A stretch of DNA of 60,887 bases, the filler included, from Barthelona sp. PAP020 (taxonomy: Eukaryota): NCBI GenBank assembly GCA_040182905.1. It is 2 parts of 2 records of this genome, joined end to end, with 100 filler letters (N's around TTAATTAATTAA, not from the genome) between each part and the next. Parts side by side here need not be neighbours in the genome. Positions count along the whole stretch, not along the records: positions 1 to 30,425 come from JARQWU010000113.1; 1 more part is not named here. The stretch is one strand, 5' to 3'. The position numbers and the translations under genes are program-made. Below are positions 11,101 to 21,500 of this stretch, in pieces; positions within the stretch are counted from its first letter, which is position 1; every line of letters starts with the position of its first letter. A model generated the notes under the pieces. It was not told the origin of the DNA, searched no databases, and saw only the letters and a list, made by a program, of their open reading frames with translations.

Positions 11101-12266
11101 TTGCCTATATCACATAAAACAGCTCCAAACCTTAACAAGAACAACTGAGAACCAAACCCTTTCAAACATAAATTTCGCACACGATCCCCACTAATGTTTA
11201 GAAAGGATTTATAATCAATATCCACCTCTAGATCCCAATCATCTCCATATATAGAATGTAGCTTGTCCATCATGTTCGGTAGTTGTAGCACTTTAACACC
11301 TTCCACACATCTTTTTTCAAAAAAATGAAATCTTTTTTCTAATATGCCTGTGCAAGTAAAATCGTTAGAAACAGCTTTGGGATACACAATAACATAAGGA
11401 CCTCTGGCAACATCTTTGTGCTGTAATTGATTCTGCTTTACAATGATATAATTTTCAGTGTCAATGCCAAGAGAAACTGATTCTAACATCACGGTAAAGT
11501 TAAAAAAAACTGTTTTTGTGGCCGAGTCCCAGCTCAAAAAGAGGTCTTCAAATGTCGAAGCATAATCAATATTGATGCTTCTTATGGTTTCTGTCACAAT
11601 ATTCCTCCCTATTGTATCATGACCCATTTGTAATAAACAAGACGGTAAATATCCAATTATTAATGGAGACTCCAAATTTAAGCAAACCAACTGTCTAACA
11701 CTGATGTCATCGATACCAAATAAACGCCCAAAATTAATTATGATGGAAATATAATGAGAATTGAACAAAAGACTTAATTTCTCTTCTTCCTGTTTTAAAT
11801 ACACATTCTTACAATGAACTACAGCATTTCGTTCCTTCAATCGTAACATATCCTCCATATACATAACAAAATCAGGATAAATGAATCTGTCATCCTGGCA
11901 TGTATAACTGATAACCAAAGCTAGTGTTGATCGTTCATAACTAATAGAAGAGGCCAAATCAAATTTGAAAACAATTTTCTTAAAACGCTCGTGTAATTCG
12001 TCCAAATTATTTGAATACTCAATGAAGGATTTTGTTAAAAACTCATCCAATTCAAAAACTGGTTGATAATCTTTATTTTGAAGAGACTTAATTAATACGT
12101 TCTTTAATCCATAATCATTAGCAATTGAAAATGACATGACATCAATATTTAAATCAATTTCAAATATCTCCTCAAATCGTTCTTCATAAGGTAACACTAT
12201 TTCTTCTTGATATTCAACTAAGACTTCATAAAGTCTATCATTATCCTCATTCAGTTCTGTTGCCAT
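8136..12266 (-). CDS. Large hypothetical protein with internal repeats and a possible C-terminal PH-like domain
   Basis: 1376-aa ORF; recurring (I/V)(D/N)xxS(F/L/I)xxI motif; C-terminal RLLSV...ISLKDIHSV segment resembles a PH fold. Confidence 0.75.
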   Translation of the reverse strand: MATELNEDNDRLYEVLVEYQEEIVLPYEERFEEIFEIDLNIDVMSFSIANDYGLKNVLIKSLQNKDYQPVFELDEFLTKSFIEYSNNLDELHERFKKIVFKFDLASSISYERSTLALVISYTCQDDRFIYPDFVMYMEDMLRLKERNAVVHCKNVYLKQEEEKLSLLFNSHYISIIINFGRLFGIDDISVRQLVCLNLESPLIIGYLPSCLLQMGHDTIGRNIVTETIRSINIDYASTFEDLFLSWDSATKTVFFNFTVMLESVSLGIDTENYIIVKQNQLQHKDVARGPYVIVYPKAVSNDFTCTGILEKRFHFFEKRCVEGVKVLQLPNMMDKLHSIYGDDWDLEVDIDYKSFLNISGDRVRNLCLKGFGSQLFLLRFGAVLCDIGNRDDIIKQKIKENIKTVKVIFDSQKPKCELIKEDNGQLCLIDRLSCNKTWELDDLEGLLDDYFMIEDYMCITEMHRRYQGFLSSVDVNIDLNSILAISDIRTRLKLIEMLDSEFVLGYFLKLFNNQLETDYNHLLKLIHKLNILFNFDIPQKNGNYFSANVLSNCSFEISTEFSIEKNSPILIIDLNIYIDENGNINIPEYELKHKIIKTCENRNSQIIANHFYLNLRNLMDNQTPVLIYAENDVFDVSVIEKFVGNLSVDVDSVYDDNSSNNPIDNSILGVISKSLQNLCENNVVCRKEFSTKKDIVIELINGDSINIDSTNIVQSTPKVIKNTSLSKVDLPMQYFSNYQKVMTDEIELREYQSFRRAYFKRLKENREIGETLKIQIGKNVQMEGFRTTFEQIFIAQLLFVEKDIINNIETKYVPKLKQKINSILGLESTVEQFEMLKIQNNYDVIDFDIVIDWSSLFSIESDTDRLIILELLSSDYCLGRLFKTIETFKNMNGLSAEIIRGILLQSFQRINITIIDEEQNTNLVKQTSDGKYLPTCQFRFDGHTSKYVLDDIIIYKPHEKNMIELRNQSLDMDHMLRQSVNLTNISLRTGANGDLRVVNKLHTDDLRRTFDETLFGVQRIKNIVESEKIPALRASLATFVPTAGTSNDMDFLLNLADEHNIVVEVNWTSFDAISEPLHLKYQRLNLAFISNSNILDAVREGMNISSNTNTNASKDNQKIPRSIFIECAPLPGDCYINESLKMLKILCPFSEALHIPSSFEISTIIKQWREENLSSVGDNKARLDVLRTSIKLSQVQNGNVKWLNNLFSQVLFHRSSALPTLETLELVPKGNIVNSVRILALSKLRGSFDAGRVRLLSVELNTSDFIIFRPPPDFSESQRISLKDIHSVIIGPLADNNNYATEIVLRTPLEDSKRLVFSLVDSDNDSELIEAAALELGLLIAVTASNVALFEGLSKVKVYVDQPITRPSKKRLFGLF

Positions 12267-12434
12267 GTCAAAAATATCAATACCATTTTTTATCTATTTA
12301 TCTTTAATACTTTAATCTCTTCATTCTTTATGACAATTATTATAAAAAAACCAAATGTTCAAATTGCTGTTAAATAAATATAGTAGATCTTTTTTTTTAT
12401 ATTTCAATAGCGAATAGTTAATTATTTCAACACA

Positions 12435-12743
12435 ATGTCAAAAAACGATACACAGGAAATGATTGTAGAAAAAGAAGAACCAATTTTTGAAGTTGTTCAG
12501 TGGAATACAGTTGCTGTTTGGCATTATTATTTTGCTCAAGAAGGTTGTGCCATTTGTCAAGGACAACTTCATGATGTATGTCCTTATGCAGATCAAAATG
12601 TAGACCCATGTAGTATTCTTGTTGGTAATTGTAAACATGCTTATCACAAACATTGTCTTAATAATTGGTTGAAAAATGATAGCAGGTGTCCAATGTGTTC
12701 AGCACCTTTTGAAGTTGCGGATGAGATTCATTTTAACACTTAG
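12435..12743 (+). CDS. RING-H2 cullin/APC ligase subunit (RBX1/RBX2/APC11 family)
   Basis: FEVVQWNTVAVW, CAIC, C..GNCKHAYHKHCLNNWL, CPMC. Confidence 0.92.
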   Translation: MSKNDTQEMIVEKEEPIFEVVQWNTVAVWHYYFAQEGCAICQGQLHDVCPYADQNVDPCSILVGNCKHAYHKHCLNNWLKNDSRCPMCSAPFEVADEIHFNT

Positions 12744-13277
12744 AAACAGTGACCACAATGTTGTATTTTTTATTTTTCAAAAAAAGCGGGATCATTCACT
12801 TACAATGGAAGAATTAATTATTAATGATTTAAAAAAACATTTCATCAAGGAAAAAGGGACTAATAATTTTTACAAAAAATTTAAAAAGTGTCATTTGTTC
12901 ACTTACAGGTTATTTTAACGTTGTTTTAAATATATTATACATCTTTTTTTTCTTTAAGAATAAAATTGTTATGTTTATTTATTATTGCTAAAATCTTTGG
13001 GGTTGACAGTCAAAAGAAGACATAAGTCTTTCTCTTTTTTCTATTTCGACATTTCAACACTGTTGAAACAATGAGCTCTCCTAAAAATTTCAAAAAACAA
13101 TTGTTTCACACATTGTGTGGGAAAAAATAATTTTTTTCCTTTGATCGATCTGGTCATAAAGTCACGAGGATAGCATTTTTCGTTTGGAATTTTAAACATA
13201 GCAAAGTGAAAAAATCAAAAGGGTACAACTCATGGATAAATGAAAGAAATAACGGTTTAAGTTAATGAACCAACGTA

Positions 13278-14447
13278 TCACTCCTCATCACTTTCATCAC
13301 TTTGTTCATTCATAAATAAGTACATATTGCCACCATTATCTCTATTGAGGTCAACCAAATCCCAACATGTATCAAAAACCATCTTATACTCTTCATTATT
13401 AAAACAAATACCTGCAGCTACCAATTGTCTGATGATTTGAGGACGAATATTCATAGTGACAAGATTATACACCACATCAACACCATCCTTTGACAATTCA
13501 ATGATTTCTGCCTCTTCTGAAGGGTCATATTCAAGGAAAATTGAATATATTTTGATCACATCCCCTTCGCATCTTCCACAGGCTAACTGTGTCTCATTGG
13601 GTGAAACAGCAAATGAAAATACGTACTCATCACAATGGCAATGTACTTTTTGAATTTGCTGAAAGCTGCTCAGACTATATGACGTAATGTATCCATCACC
13701 AGACATAATAAGTATGATGTTGGGTGTAAGAAAATGAAGGTCATACACTGCACCTCTCATGTCAAATGTATGAATTTGTGATCCATCATCCATGTTCCAA
13801 AGTGTGACTTTGTTTGACACATCACCAACAGCAATTATTCTTTTGGTTGGATGGAAATCAATGGCTTCAATATCTGCATCTTGATTAAACACACGAACAA
13901 CAGAGAAATTTTCAGGGTCAAACAAACTCGCAGTTTTATCAACATTACTAGTAAGCAGATGTTTATCATCTGCTGAAAGCTTTATATTCCAAAATCCACC
14001 AGAATGAACTGTTCTTTCCATCACAACATTACCATTTTCCACAACCCACTTCTTAAGATTCCCATTCTTATCACCAGAATACACATAATTTGAACAGTGA
14101 GAAAAACAAATTCCATAAACAAAAGTGTCATTTCTCAATCTATGCAAGATGGAGAAATCTAAAAGGTTGTATATAAGAATAAACTTATCATAAGAACACG
14201 TCGCCAATTTATGGCCATCTGATGAAACGGCAACATTAATGACACCGCCTGTATGATCTTTCAAAGAACAAATCAACGTTCCAGTTTCCATATCAATAAT
14301 TTGAACTACTTTATAGCTACAAATCAACAAATGTTTGCCATCTAGTGAGTATTTACAATTGTATATGTTGTCTGAAATTACATCTCCAATTTCCAACACA
14401 TTCCCTTCATCAATTTTGGGATATAACATATTACGAATAGTTTTCAT
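13278..14447 (-). CDS. WD40-repeat protein with conserved uncharacterised C-terminal domain (paralogue of 47329-48543)
   Basis: WD40 repeats (LKDHTGGVINVAVSSDGHKLATCSYD, IDFHP..IAVGD.SNKVTLW); tail IRQLVAAG..DTCWDLVD.N..NGGNM. Confidence 0.9.
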   Translation of the reverse strand: MKTIRNMLYPKIDEGNVLEIGDVISDNIYNCKYSLDGKHLLICSYKVVQIIDMETGTLICSLKDHTGGVINVAVSSDGHKLATCSYDKFILIYNLLDFSILHRLRNDTFVYGICFSHCSNYVYSGDKNGNLKKWVVENGNVVMERTVHSGGFWNIKLSADDKHLLTSNVDKTASLFDPENFSVVRVFNQDADIEAIDFHPTKRIIAVGDVSNKVTLWNMDDGSQIHTFDMRGAVYDLHFLTPNIILIMSGDGYITSYSLSSFQQIQKVHCHCDEYVFSFAVSPNETQLACGRCEGDVIKIYSIFLEYDPSEEAEIIELSKDGVDVVYNLVTMNIRPQIIRQLVAAGICFNNEEYKMVFDTCWDLVDLNRDNGGNMYLFMNEQSDESDEE

Positions 14448-15059
14448 CAATTCAATAGTTAACTCAAAAGACGTATCAAACTGTCGATAAAAAGCGAAAT
14501 TAAACTAAATAAAGAAAAACAAAATATTTCTTGAGTGTATAAGGCTTAAAATATGCAAATATCAACTATTTCACTGGTTTCAAAGGAAAATAAATGTTTT
14601 ATGAAAGTTTTTGCCGCATGCATTTACATTCAGAATTTCTTTTGCTGATATTTTGAAACTTTTGGGGGTTTAAATTGAAACAAAAAGGAATTTCGTTCAT
14701 GCAGGATTCAGTTATTCATGAGAAATTTCTGATCTTTTTTGCCTGATGTGAATAAACAAGGGACATTCATTGGTCTGTTTCCATGTATACAGTGGTTTAA
14801 ATGCTCGAACGTGTGTTTCCTTCTGACATTAGTATTGAGAACCCAAGATAAGTTTCTTCGAGGAGCAGTATGGCCCAACTTTGTCTGTTAGACAGGCTGA
14901 AAAATAGATGTCTTACAGTTGTGTTGCTTGGGGATAAAATGGAGATTACTATTTTTTATTCGCAGCTTCAAAAATCCTTAAAAATCTTTTGAAAAACAAT
15001 TTGCATCAAGAAAAAAAAAGAAAAAGAAAAAATGACAATTATCATACTTTATTTACCGT

Positions 15060-16205
15060 TTATTTCAAAGTATTTTCATCAAAAAAACTTTGGAATAAAC
15101 CATTCAATGAATTTAAACAAAAACTCTTTATTTCATCCAAATCTACATTTAGCTCATTCAGATCAGGAGCAATTTCTTTGTCTTTCAAAGCTTGAAGCTG
15201 ATCTAGCATCTGTTCAGGTAAAAAACCATTATATCTATCCAATACTTCTCTTAAATACTCACTATTTTTCAAATAAAGACTGTCCAAAATATCAGCAAAA
15301 ATTTGATGAATCAATGAAATAACCATTTTCTGATGAACAATTTTCTCAGTTTCCACACTGTAATTTGCTGAACTCTCTTGCACTTTAACTAAAAAATCCT
15401 GCAAAAACTTAGCATTATCAAAATACTCAGCAAATTTTGATTGACTGCTCAATAAATCCTCATATTCTTTGGATGTTATCAAAATCTGATTACAAAACTT
15501 TTCAAAATTGGTTTCATAATCATCAAAATTCTTCAGCAAATCTTCCAATTTTGATAAGAAATCTTTATTTTTACAAATATATTGAGATAATTCATCATAC
15601 ATACCATTAAAGAGCAAAAGCAATTCTTTAATGTCAACTACACTACTTTCACAACTCAAATCACTTCGATTAATAGCAGAAATCAAAATATTTGCCAAAG
15701 AATCAAGTTTTTCAAACTTCTTATGCAATTTAATATGAACAGGGGTTACCTTTTGAGGAGGAATCTTTTTTTTCAAAGAATTAAAATATATTTTTAACTC
15801 TTTAAGCTCTTGCTGCTGCTTTTGTACCTCTGTTTCCAAATTAAATATCTTGGATGTGAAATCAAAGAAAACTGGATTAGAAAAACTGGGAAACTTCAAA
15901 TTACTTTCAACAAACTCTAGTATGTCTGCATCAAACTCAGTTAAAATGGTGCTCATTTGTTGTACGGTATCAACCATTGCTTCAACAGGAATTTTTAATT
16001 TGGAAGAAAGGGATTTATAAACAGTCTTCAAAAATGTATTATATTTATATAAATAAGTTGTTTGAATATGGCAAAAATCATCAATATATTCAAATTTCTT
16101 TTTAATATCCTGTTCAATTAAATGATATTCCTCAATCATATCATTTATATTCGAAATAGTATCTTTAATATACACAATTTGCTTTTCTTTTTCAAATATA
16201 TCCAT
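15060..16205 (-). CDS. Coiled-coil protein, weakly Atg17-like
   Basis: 381-aa helical ORF. The C-terminal RYNGFLPEQML resembles the Atg17 G.(Y/F)LP motif; tentative. Confidence 0.6.
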   Translation of the reverse strand: MDIFEKEKQIVYIKDTISNINDMIEEYHLIEQDIKKKFEYIDDFCHIQTTYLYKYNTFLKTVYKSLSSKLKIPVEAMVDTVQQMSTILTEFDADILEFVESNLKFPSFSNPVFFDFTSKIFNLETEVQKQQQELKELKIYFNSLKKKIPPQKVTPVHIKLHKKFEKLDSLANILISAINRSDLSCESSVVDIKELLLLFNGMYDELSQYICKNKDFLSKLEDLLKNFDDYETNFEKFCNQILITSKEYEDLLSSQSKFAEYFDNAKFLQDFLVKVQESSANYSVETEKIVHQKMVISLIHQIFADILDSLYLKNSEYLREVLDRYNGFLPEQMLDQLQALKDKEIAPDLNELNVDLDEIKSFCLNSLNGLFQSFFDENTLK

Positions 16206-16377
16206 TCATCAACAAAAAAATTAAACATTCTTTTTACACCATTCATTCTTTTTCTTCAATCTCTTAAATTATTGATTATTTAACAAATATTTTCAAATAA
16301 TATTGATTTTTATAAAAGACTGCAATTTTTTAGAAAATCAAAATCTTCAAAGGTATTTTTTCCTTAAAAAATTTAAT

Positions 16378-17313
16378 ATGGGGAGAAGATCACTTACAAT
16401 GGAGTACACACAAGATGCTAGAACAAGAAAAGTACGATTTGGGAAAAGAAAAGCTGGAGTTATGAAAAAAGCTTTTGAACTTTCTGTTCTATGCGGTTGT
16501 GAAGTTGCATTATTGATTAAATCTGCAGATGATGGACAATTGTATTCTTTTAGTACACAAGAAAACCTTGTTCCTTTTGTTGGAGACCTTATTTCCAAAC
16601 CACCAAAAGAATTGAAATTACCCTATGATTACATGGATACAGATTCAAAAAAATCAAGAGCTAAAATGAACAATAAAAGCGGTAAAAGAAATAATATTGA
16701 TGATGATGATGATGATGATGATGATGAGTTCTTTGAGGAATTTCCCTCAATTATTAAAATTGGACCTGATGAAGAGATAATAGATGATCAATCAACACTA
16801 TCCACACTACCTATGTATAATGTTCCATACTCAATGATGCCACAGCAATATCATGCAATGGGTCATCCCCATTTTTTCCCCATATATCAAGATTCCATGC
16901 ATGCTGAAGCTCATATTCATCCTTCCCATATTCAAATGAATTATCATCATAGCAACCCAATGCTTCAACCTTTGCATCTGCAATCAATACCCACACAACA
17001 GTATTTCCTTCAACACGAAGTTCCTGAGATGGATGAGGATGATTTGTTGAAAATGGGACCTAGACAATCAAGTTTGATGGAATCGTTAAGAAAATCACCA
17101 CAACCAGCAATATCTTTTCAAATGAACAACGAATATTCAGAACTATATGATCCAAATGTAAAACCTTTAGACCAATTAATTGTACCGAAAAAAGAACAGC
17201 CATATTCAAATCAATGCAATTTTGTGATGTATTCAGACACCCCAAAGAGAATATCATATGCTACGGGATTGTCTGCACATACTGATAACGTTGATGACAG
17301 ACAGTTCCATTAG
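16378..17313 (+). CDS. MADS-box transcription factor (MEF2-like N-terminus)
   Basis: MGRRSLTMEYTQDARTRKVRFGKRKAGVMKKAFELSVLCGCEVALLI; acidic and H/Q/P-rich tail; ATG at 16378. Confidence 0.95.
   Translation: MGRRSLTMEYTQDARTRKVRFGKRKAGVMKKAFELSVLCGCEVALLIKSADDGQLYSFSTQENLVPFVGDLISKPPKELKLPYDYMDTDSKKSRAKMNNKSGKRNNIDDDDDDDDDEFFEEFPSIIKIGPDEEIIDDQSTLSTLPMYNVPYSMMPQQYHAMGHPHFFPIYQDSMHAEAHIHPSHIQMNYHHSNPMLQPLHLQSIPTQQYFLQHEVPEMDEDDLLKMGPRQSSLMESLRKSPQPAISFQMNNEYSELYDPNVKPLDQLIVPKKEQPYSNQCNFVMYSDTPKRISYATGLSAHTDNVDDRQFH
16699..16725 (+). repeat. (GAT)9 coding microsatellite (poly-Asp) in the MADS-box gene
   Basis: Nine perfect GAT units. Confidence 0.9.
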
Positions 17314-17360
17314 ACTTTGTAAATATTATATAATTTGTTTTTTTCTTGTTAAACCTGTTT

Positions 17361-18338
17361 ATGAACGATCAAGAAACAGATTTAAATGCTTTATTCAATG
17401 ATTTGTATCTGTTAAAAGAAGAATTTGGCAATTTAAATGATACTGAAAGAGAAAACGTTGAAAAGAAATTTATTGAGCTTAGAAGAGGAATAGACGTTGT
17501 TGGAATATTTTCATCGAATGAAGAATTAGAAGATATTTCCACAAATTCATTAAAATTCTTGTTAACTCCATATTTGATTGCAGAATTTTATGATAGTCAT
17601 TGTCCTCCAGGAGATATTGGTGAAAGAATTGACTATATTCAATTGGCAATCAATAATTATAATTATTTCTTGGAATTTATGAAAGAGCACAATCTTTTGC
17701 CAAAGAAATTTGATGATTTGCCAAATGAACAATCTCAAAAGCGTGAGTATCTCATAGCAAGAGAACAATCTTATTATGAAATTAAAGAAAAATTGAGCTA
17801 TATTAGAGATAGACAAACCAAAATGAAAGATATGGTTGGTACCAATGAATTGGAATTAGAAGAGTTAGAGAGGGATATTCGTTTGCTTGAATTACAAAAA
17901 TGTGCTGCAGATTCAAAAAAACAAGTGGAAAATCTAATTAGAGAACAAGAGATGCTAAAAGAAGTCAGAAAATTAGAAAAGCAAGGAAGAAATGTGTTGA
18001 ATGAGTATGAAGAAGAAAAAAAGCAATTCATGAACAGAGCATTTAAACCACCAATCCGATTGGACAATAAAATGGCTTTGCCCTTGAGAGAACAGTACAT
18101 GAGACAAATGTATGACCTCAGCAAATATGATCCTGAAATTGGACAGCAAGAAGCTATTGAAATGGACATTCAAGAAGAATTAGATTTGATGGAAATCCAA
18201 GAAGAAAATAGACGTATTGGAAAGGAGCAAGAAGCTAGAAAAACTGATGACGACAGACAAAAGGAAAGAAGAGAATTCGACCAATATAAAGATGATCATG
18301 TTCGTGGAGCAGGCAATGTTGGTGCTTCAAAATTCTAA
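17361..18338 (+). CDS. TAP42: TAP42 / alpha4 (IGBP1), PP2A regulator
   Basis: GIFSSNEELEDISTNSLKFLL and C-terminal REFDQYKDDHVRGAGN. Confidence 0.93.
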   Translation: MNDQETDLNALFNDLYLLKEEFGNLNDTERENVEKKFIELRRGIDVVGIFSSNEELEDISTNSLKFLLTPYLIAEFYDSHCPPGDIGERIDYIQLAINNYNYFLEFMKEHNLLPKKFDDLPNEQSQKREYLIAREQSYYEIKEKLSYIRDRQTKMKDMVGTNELELEELERDIRLLELQKCAADSKKQVENLIREQEMLKEVRKLEKQGRNVLNEYEEEKKQFMNRAFKPPIRLDNKMALPLREQYMRQMYDLSKYDPEIGQQEAIEMDIQEELDLMEIQEENRRIGKEQEARKTDDDRQKERREFDQYKDDHVRGAGNVGASKF

Positions 18339-18513
18339 TTTTATGTGTAAACAATCAAGAAATAAATATTATCATGTTTTTATTATTATGAAGAAGATAA
18401 ACAGAAATTTTCCATATTTATCAGACATTTAAAGTGATATGTTAATTCATTGAATGAAATTACAAAAAAAGAAAAAGGTTCGGCATTTTCTCCATTTTTT
18501 TTCTTCCCACATA

Positions 18514-21500
18514 ATGTCATTATCGAAAAGTAATCCTTGTGGATTCAATTTATTGCAATTGTGCAGTCGAGGAAATGCAATATTGGCAGAATTGTTTCGA
18601 TTATCGGAAAGAATTCCTTCAATATTTTATCTAGATTCCAAAGAAGATATCAGTCTTTACAAGAAAATTATTTTTGATTTTTCATATTTGGATAAAATAG
18701 ACTTGTATGAATACGAAATTCATTCTAATCCTGAACTAAGCGATATAGACACAGATTTTCCTCAAATTCATGGTACGATTATTAAACGTATCTTTAAATT
18801 GTTTGAATCAATCGCCAAATATTATCAAGATCTGATGGGTTTTATTGATGAGGTTCAAGAAGGTGTTTTTTTGCAATATTCTTTTGAAAACATTTTGCAA
18901 GATGGGGAAATGAGACAAGTTCTATGTGAAAGTATCTATTTGTTCGGTTGTATGCTATTATTATTGGATGTTCATTTTCCTGGTGTTATTAGAGAGAGAA
19001 TTATCATATCTTTTTATCGATACAATGGTGGGTCTGATTTGGATAACTTTAATGACGTTTTACATCTCTGTCGTCGTACTGATTATGATTCAACTAAAGT
19101 TGAGCAAAAGAAAGGATATCCTGAAAAATTCTTCAATCGATTTGAAATACCTAAAAGCCTTGTACGTATGGTTGTTGGTAGTTTGAGGTCTTGTGATTTG
19201 TATGAATTACTGAGTGCCTATCCTGATGCTGATCATCGTACCGTTGCTCTTTCTCGCCAATCTGCTGTTTTGGGTGTTATTCTTTATTTTGATGATTCTA
19301 TTCTTAACAATGACCATTCAGCCATGCGTAGCATAGTCGATAAGTTCTTCACTGATAATTGGGTTATTAGTATATACATGGGACATTTATTTGACTTGCA
19401 GGTTCAGTGGAGATACTACAAAGCTGCAAAAGATGCTCTTAATAACACTTTGAATGGAAATTTAGTTTTGTTGAATGACAGATATGCTTCTGAATTTGAA
19501 GCTTGCATCAAAGAACTGGATGACTTGCTTGTGGAAGGTGTTCTTTCGGAAGAATATGTTTTATCCCATATTCAACCACTTATTGATATTGTTCGTAGAT
19601 CAAATGTGACATTACGTTATTATTTGTTAACAATGAATGCATATTCCAGTAAATATAGAGAAAAGGCTCTTGGTACAATGAACAAAAATCAACTGTTGAA
19701 TCTTTTGTTGAAAACCAGTGAATTAGAGCATGAACTGATCGACATCATTGAAAGAGTGCTGAAAACTTCAGAAGATCGTTTTGCTCAATTGAAGAAACGA
19801 GCCTCAACAGCTATTCTCGAGTTAGGAACGTTTTTTAATGGTTCAAGCAATTTACAAGGCATCACAAAGAATGATGCTATTGTTAAGTGGAGTAGTGACA
19901 TTTCTAACAATATCTTAAGTGTTAATATGAACGATTCAATGAATGCTAGCAGAACTATCGATCGATTAATTTTTGCTATTGCAGATATTGAGACAAAAAC
20001 CAGTGATGTCGAGAGATCTGTACCGAAACAATTGAGAACTGATGCAAGAGATTATTTGAAAAAAATGCATCGTATTTTATTGGTGTCAAAGTCTAATCTT
20101 ACAAAAATCCGTATTGCAACAGATTTAAGCTATGCTTGGAGAGTCCTTCCAGTGTTTGTCACATTGATACAACAAAGAATAGAGGCTGATGCAAAATTGA
20201 TTATCCCATTGCGTTCTTTATTTTTAAAACTTGTTTCTGTTTTAGATTTACCCTTGATGAGAATTACACAATCTCAATCGGATGATCTTGTAAGCGTTGC
20301 AAATGTGTATTCATCAATGCTTTTACGATTTGTCAAGAATATTCTTCAGATCATTCCTGAAGCAATATTTAAACATTTGAATACCATTGCTCAAATATTG
20401 CAAACAGAATTGAAACCATTAGAAAGTGAAATTCCTCGTAATTCTATCTTAGATGTGGCACAAACTGATGTTCGATTCAAATTAGCAAACTTAACAAATG
20501 ACGTGTGTGTATTGGCTCGGGGTATTCTCGCAATGAAAAAGACATTTGTAGGTGCTGTGGAATTAAATCCAAAAGAGATGCTTTTGGACGGTATCAAAAG
20601 AGAATTGGTGAAACAGATCAGTTTTTGTTTAAATGACTTGGTGTTCAATAAGAAAGGAAATGATTTTGATGAAGTTGTTGCAAAAGTACGAAATAGATTG
20701 ATTTCTCTACAAACTTCCCTTGAATATATTCAAGATTATGCCACTTTACCTGGAATGCATGTTTGGTACACTCAATATGATCGTGTTGTTAATTTTTTTG
20801 TTGATAAAGAATGCAGCAAGTTTTTAGCAATTTCACCTTCTTCTGCCATGTATGATGACGATTTAGATATCCCAATATTTAACCATATTGATGATAGATT
20901 GAGCTTTGTCGGGAGATTGGTTGATATTCTAATCAACCCATTGTTAGAAGACTCAACCACTTTTGTTTTGCATCATCTTGCGTTTATGAACAGAGAAACA
21001 AGAGCATATGTCCTTGGTTTGCATAATTTGTTTGATATTATTAATGGTTTGGGTCAAACAATGTTAAATGGAATCGATAGATATCTGGGTTTTCATACTG
21101 TTGCTCAATTGAATATTTTTTACAGAAAATGTCTAAAGAGGCTTGATCCTGCTGTTAGAGAAGGTTTTTCAAATGCTTGGTTAAGTTTTTATCCTCTAAA
21201 ATGTCAGCCAAAACATCCAAAATTGTATGAAAGTATCAAAAATTGGACTTCTGTTTGGTACAAGAGATATACCCCATATGTTATGAGAATGGGTATTAAC
21301 ACCTTGTTTAGATTTCTTATACGTGTTGAAACCTCCTATGTTTCTAATTCCAAGGCTTTGCACTTGAAGAATTCTTTGAAAGTTGTTAATAATGCATTAT
21401 TCAGAGATTTTAAAGAAAAAATTGAGCATAAAGATTCATGTGATTATTTCCCGGGTGGATCTGATGATCAACCTTTTAATTTTGAGTTTTTGTCTCTTTT

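Noticed and set aside
14770..14992. Short ORF-like stretches upstream of the first WD40 gene
   Set aside because: At most 40 aa with no recognisable homology; cannot be supported as a gene or pseudogene.
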